Below are positions 58,119 through 64,000 of a stretch of DNA of 64,000 nucleotides, one piece after another. The translations under genes were made by a program, and so were the position numbers. The stretch spans positions 14,864 through 78,863 of the forward strand of contig QHTZ01000074.1 of NCBI GenBank assembly GCA_003221005.1, in the 5' to 3' direction. The DNA comes from Gemmatimonadota bacterium. GTDB taxonomy: Bacteria; Gemmatimonadota; Gemmatimonadetes; Gemmatimonadales; GWC2-71-9. The number at the start of each line of letters is the position of its first letter. The first letter of the stretch is position 1. The notes below the pieces were generated by a model, which searched no databases, was not told the origin of the DNA, and was given only the letters and a program-made list of their open reading frames with translations.

Positions 58119-59270
58119 CGCCCCGCACGGTGCTGCGTTCAACTTCAAGCAGGCGATCACGCACATGGTCCAGCGCAACGGCTCGGACCTGCTGCTCAAG
58201 GTCGGCCGGCCGGCCACGATCCGGGTCAACGGCGAGCTCGTGGCCCTCGAGACGCAGCCGCTCAAGCCTGAGGAGCTGAAGTCGCTCGCCGAGCAGATCA
58301 TGACGCCACGCCAGGTCAAGGAGTTCGCCGAGCACAAGGAGGCGGACTTCGCCATCGGCGTACCGGGGGTCGGCCGGTTCCGGACCAATGTGTACCAGCA
58401 GCGGGGCACGGTGGCGTTCGCGTTCCGCTCGATCCCCTACGAGGTCAAGACGCTGCGGGAGCTCAACCTGCCGCCGGTGCTCGAGGAGATCGCGGCGCGG
58501 CCACGCGGTCTCGTGCTCGTGACGGGGGTCACCGGCTCCGGCAAATCAACGGCGCTCGCGGCACTGATCAACCACATCAACCTGAACCGGCGCGTCAACA
58601 TCATCACCATCGAAGACCCGATCGAGTTCCTCCACCGCGACAACCTGGCGAACATCTCGCAGCGCGAGGTCGGGAACGACACGCTGTCGTTCAACTCGGC
58701 GCTGCGCCACGTGCTGCGGCAGGACCCGGACGTGATCCTGATCGGCGAGATCCGCGACATGGAGACGCTGGACACGGCCCTCAAGGCGGCCGACACGGGC
58801 CACCTGGTGTTCTCGACGCTCCACACGACCGACGCCACGCAGACGATCAACCGGGTGATCTCGTTCTTCCCGCCACACCAGCACGATGAGATCCGGCACC
58901 TCCTCTCGACGGCGCTCCAGGCGGTGGTATCGCTGCGGCTGGTGCCGCGCCGGGACGGGCGGGGCCGCGTCCCGGGGGCGGAGGTGCTCATCAACACCGC
59001 GGCGGTGCAGGACAACATCCGGGACCTCTCCAAGCAGCTCAGCATCCCCGATCTGATCGCCGACGGCTCGATCCAGTACGGCATGCAGAGCTTCGATCAG
59101 TCGCTGTTCCACTGGTACCAGACGGGCGTGATCAGTTACGAGAGCGCTGTCTTCTACGCCACCAACCCCAGCGAATTCGCCTTGAAGGTCTCGGGAGTCG
59201 ACTCCGCGGCGAGCAAGGCGTTCGGCGGCTCGGCGGGAGCGACCGCGGGCAGCATCGATCTGACGCCCTG

Positions 59271-59271
<1 letters not shown>
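58111..59271 (+). CDS. PilT/PilU family type IV pilus retraction ATPase
   Basis: [50 protein letters not shown]; AVQDNIRD in place of AIRNLIRE. Confidence 0.92.
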
Positions 59272-60625
<1,354 letters not shown>

Positions 60626-60629
<4 letters not shown>

Positions 60630-61345
60630 GAATCGACGTCTACTTCACCCCACTCGGCTTCAACGCGGGAGACGTGAGCGGCCGGGGCGTCGTCGTCATC
60701 GACGTGCTCCGGGCTACGACGTCCGTGGTGACCGCCCTCGCCAACGGGGCCAAGGCAGTAATCCCCGCCGCCACGTCGGAAGAAGCGGTCCGGCTGGCCT
60801 CCAACCTCGAAAAGGACGGCGTGCTGCTCGCGGGCGAGCGCAAGAGCGTCAAGATCGAGGGCTTCGCGCTCGGCAACTCGCCGCGGGAGATGACGCCGGA
60901 GGTGGTGGCGGGCAAGACCATCGTGCTCGCCACCACCAACGGCACTCCGGCCCTGGTCGCGGCCCAGGGCGGCGACCCGGTGCTCCTGGGGGCGCCCGTC
61001 AACTTCAAAGCCCTGGTCGAGCGCGCACGCCAGGCTCTCGTGGAGCGGGGCGACCTGGTCATCGTGTGCGCCGGGCGCGAGCGCCAGTTCGCCCTCGAGG
61101 ATGCCTACATGGCGGGACGCCTCGTCAAGGCCGTGAAGAAGGGGATCCGAAAGCTCGACCTCAACGAGGCGACCACCGCGGCGCTGGCGCTCACGCCCCT
61201 GTACCGCACCTGGGCGGAGGCGCTCGAGGACACAGCCGCGGCGCGCCAGCTGGTGGAGGCGAACCTGGGCGAGGACGTCGCCTTCGCCGCGAAACAGGAT
61301 CGCTTCGGCGTCGTCCCCCAGTACGCGGAGCGGCGTATCACATGA
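60626..61345 (+). CDS. comB: 2-phosphosulfolactate phosphatase family protein
   Basis: [29 protein letters not shown]. Confidence 0.88.
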
Positions 61346-63570
61346 ACCCGCGGGGGCGCCAGGAGTTGATCGGGATCGGGGCGCTCGCGGTCGGCGTCTT
61401 CCTCGGCCTGACCCTCCTGGGCACTCCGGTGACGGGCAGCTGGGGGAGTAGGCTCGGACTCGGGCTCTGGAAGTTCTTGGGCGTTGGGGCCGTGCTGCTG
61501 CCGGCGCTGGGCGTCGCCTGGGCGCTCGCCGCCTTCGGCCGGCTCGGCAACCTGTCGGCGCTGCGCACCGCGGCGCTGGGGTTTGGTCTCGTCGTGTTGC
61601 TGCCGTATGGCATCGGCACGGGCACGGGCATCAGGGTAGCGGACCTCGCCGCCGAATACGCGGGATGGAGCCGGACGGAACGGCTCGTGGGGCTGTTCCC
61701 CGGGTACCTGGCCGCCCTGGTGCATGGCGCGCTGGGCACGGCCGGGGGTGCGCTGGTGGGGTTGTTCGCCCTGTCAGCGCTCGGGATCCTCACGGTCGGA
61801 TGGCATCCGCTCATCGCCTTAAGAACCCGGGAGACGGGAGACGGGAGGCGGGAGGCGAGGGCGGGCACGCGAGGTCCTCCGAAGCCGGACCAGCCCGCCC
61901 GCGCGCCCGAGTCCAGCGAGACCGGGCGGGACCGCACCGTCGCGGCGTTGAAGGCGGCGAAGGCCCGCGGCACCAAACCCATGCCTCCCCCCTCCCGTCT
62001 CCCGCCTCCCGTTCCTGCCGGCGCGCTCATTCCTCCGATCGACCTCCTCACAGCCGGTTCGGTGGATGAGGCAGACGCGGGCGCGGCGCAGATCGAGCAG
62101 ATGGGGCACAAGCTGATCGAGACGCTGCAGACGTTCCGCGTCGAGGGCGCGATCGCCGGGCGCACGGTCGGCCCCGTGGTCACGCAGTACGAAGTGGCGC
62201 CGGGGCCCGGGGTGAAGGTGGGGCGCATCGCGGCGCTGGCCGACGACCTGGCGCTCGCGATGCGGGCGGCGAGCCTGCGGATCGTGGCCCCGATCCCCGG
62301 AAAAGCGGCCGTCGGGATCGAAGTGCCGAACCCGACTCCGCGGATGGTGACGATCCGGGAGCTGATCGAGAGCCCGGAATATCAGCGGCGACAGCGCACG
62401 CTCCCCGCGGCCCTGGGCCGAAATCTGGAGGGCGATGCGGTGGTCGACGACCTCGCCAAGATGCCGCACCTCCTCATTGCCGGCGTGACCGGGTCCGGGA
62501 AGTCGGTTTGCATCAACACCATCATCACGAGCCTGATCTACACGCATCCGCCCGAGACGCTGCGGCTCCTGATGATCGATCCCAAGATGGTCGAGCTCTC
62601 CATGTACGCGTCGCTGCCACACCTCGGGCATCCGGTGGTGACCAACAACCACAAGGCTGCGACCGTGCTGAAGTGGGCCGTGGGAGAGATGGAGCGCCGC
62701 TATCGCTTGCTGCACGCGAATCACGCGAGGAACGTCGCGGACTTCAATCGCAAGGTCGAGCAGAAGAGGCCGCTCAAGGGTCCGCGGGAAACCTTGGCCA
62801 CCCGAGCTGGTCTGCAGCGTGAGCTGCCGTTCGACGCAGAGTACACCGGGGGCGTCCTTCCCTACATCGTGCTGATCGTGGACGAGCTGGCCGACCTCAT
62901 GCTCACGGTCCAGGGAGAGATCGAGACGCCGCTCGCGACGCTGGCCCAGAAAGCCCGGGCCATCGGGATTCACCTGCTCCTCGCCACCCAGCGCCCATCG
63001 GTCAATGTGATCACCGGCTTGATCAAGGCGAACTTCCCCTGCCGCATCGCCTTCCGCGTGTCGGCCAAGGTGGACAGTCGCACGATCCTGGACCAGAACG
63101 GAGCGGAGACACTGCTTGGCAACGGCGACATGCTGTTCCTGCCGCCGGGCAAGAGCGAGCCGGTTCGCATCCAGGGGGCGTTCATCTCGACCGAGGAGAC
63201 CGAGCGGCTGATGGAGTGGTACCGGGGACGCGCGGCCGCCGGAGCGGCAGACCAGGCGAGACGGCAGATCGTCGAGCAGATCGCCGCGATCGAGGAGGCC
63301 GAGGCGCGCGACGAGGGACGGGGGACGGGCGAGGAGGGAGCCGCGGGGGAGCGCGACACGCTGTTCCGCCAGGCTGCCGAGGTCTGCATCCAGAACCAGC
63401 TGGGCTCGACGTCCCTGTTGCAGCGCCGCATGAGCATCGGGTACGGTCGCGCGGCGCGCATCATTGACCAGCTGGAGCAGGCGGGTATCCTTGGCCCGGC
63501 GAACGGCTCCAAACCGCGGGATGTGCTGGTGGGGCTCGAGGAGCTGGATGAGATTTGCGGGAGCACCTAA
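61342..63570 (+). CDS. ftsK: DNA translocase FtsK
   Basis: N-terminal TM region, MPHLLIAG.TGSGKS, MIDPKMVEL, ATQRPSV, gamma domain STSLLQRR..GYGRAARIID. Confidence 0.96.
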   Translation: MNPRGRQELIGIGALAVGVFLGLTLLGTPVTGSWGSRLGLGLWKFLGVGAVLLPALGVAWALAAFGRLGNLSALRTAALGFGLVVLLPYGIGTGTGIRVADLAAEYAGWSRTERLVGLFPGYLAALVHGALGTAGGALVGLFALSALGILTVGWHPLIALRTRETGDGRREARAGTRGPPKPDQPARAPESSETGRDRTVAALKAAKARGTKPMPPPSRLPPPVPAGALIPPIDLLTAGSVDEADAGAAQIEQMGHKLIETLQTFRVEGAIAGRTVGPVVTQYEVAPGPGVKVGRIAALADDLALAMRAASLRIVAPIPGKAAVGIEVPNPTPRMVTIRELIESPEYQRRQRTLPAALGRNLEGDAVVDDLAKMPHLLIAGVTGSGKSVCINTIITSLIYTHPPETLRLLMIDPKMVELSMYASLPHLGHPVVTNNHKAATVLKWAVGEMERRYRLLHANHARNVADFNRKVEQKRPLKGPRETLATRAGLQRELPFDAEYTGGVLPYIVLIVDELADLMLTVQGEIETPLATLAQKARAIGIHLLLATQRPSVNVITGLIKANFPCRIAFRVSAKVDSRTILDQNGAETLLGNGDMLFLPPGKSEPVRIQGAFISTEETERLMEWYRGRAAAGAADQARRQIVEQIAAIEEAEARDEGRGTGEEGAAGERDTLFRQAAEVCIQNQLGSTSLLQRRMSIGYGRAARIIDQLEQAGILGPANGSKPRDVLVGLEELDEICGST
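61828..62011. repeat. Inverted heptamer arrays in the FtsK linker coding region
   Basis: (CGGGAGA)2(CGGGAGG)2 at 61828-61855; CCTCCCC CCTCCCG TCTCCCG CCTCCCG at 61984-62011. Confidence 0.85.
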
Positions 63571-63657
63571 TGCGGAATTCGGAATGCGGAACGGGGAATG
63601 TAAACCTGAGCGTCGCTCAGCGAACGATCCTCCATTGCAACTCTGCATTCCGCATTC
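63571..63657. repeat. Second copy of the TGCGGAA-type inverted heptamer element
   Basis: TGCGGAA TTCGGAA TGCGGAA CGGGGAA ... CTCTGCA TTCCGCA TTC, immediately after the ftsK stop. Confidence 0.85.
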
Positions 63658-63719
63658 TTAGGGCACCGTCGGCAGAGATTTGGCTACGTCGCCCCTGGGC
63701 GCCCCGCTAGGTTGCCTGC

Positions 63720-64000
63720 GTGAAAAGCGGCCTCCGCAGCGACCCGACGCAGTGGACGGATGAGCGGCAGAAGCGGGGGCTCGCAGGCGAGGAGCGAGCG
63801 ATTCATTACCTGCTGTCCCGCGGCTGGTCGGTCGTAGCGCACCGGTTTCGCGCGGGTCGCGCCGAGATCGACCTCGTCGTGCGGCGAGGGGACTTGGTGG
63901 CGTTCGTGGAAGTGAAGACCCGGCGCGGTGACGTGTTCGGGAGCCCGCTCGAAGCGGTGACTGGAGCCAAGCGGCGCGAGCTCGTGAAGGCGGCACGGGT
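63720..64000 (+). CDS. YraN (UPF0102) family protein, truncated by the window end
   Basis: Manual translation ...RGLAGEERAIHYLLSRGW..EIDLVVRRGDLVAFVEVKTR..GSPLEAV; not in the ORF track. Confidence 0.88.
   Translation, partial: MKSGLRSDPTQWTDERQKRGLAGEERAIHYLLSRGWSVVAHRFRAGRAEIDLVVRRGDLVAFVEVKTRRGDVFGSPLEAVTGAKRRELVKAAR

Overview
High-GC bacterial chromosomal segment made almost entirely of densely packed, mostly + strand housekeeping genes. Gene content and protein style suggest Gemmatimonadota, which is an inference. In order it contains: the end of the ribosomal alpha operon (rpmJ-rpsM-rpsK-rpsD-rpoA-rplQ) and rpmB; gmd/rmd, carB and murB; a nucleotide-sugar cluster (WbpD/E/B/A-like, ugd, uxs, epimerase); TPR proteins, bamD, nadD and secA; radC, rel, uvrB, tsaE-tsaB-rimI and ssb; a LysM/TsaP-like protein, ccsA-like and hemA; tol-pal-cpoB; a single 1174-aa ORF joining a complete TatC to an LptD-like outer-membrane protein; hutH-U-I; a large SgmX-like TPR protein, a polyprenyl synthase, two tatA/B-like genes and a SurA/PpiD-like gene; and TPR-aroQ-pepP-accB-pilT/U-accC-comB-ftsK-yraN. 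I saw no rRNA, tRNA, CRISPR array or transposase. The most notable observations are: (1) the TatC-LptD fusion, with an internal signal-peptide-like linker; (2) a family of 7-8-nt tandem repeats, often in inverted pairs, found both between genes and in-frame inside proteins, one of them forming the TolB signal peptide; (3) an in-frame deletion removing the catalytic YxxxK of Gmd; (4) a PilT/U ATPase translationally coupled between accB and accC. All calls come from reading motifs by eye; no database searches were run.
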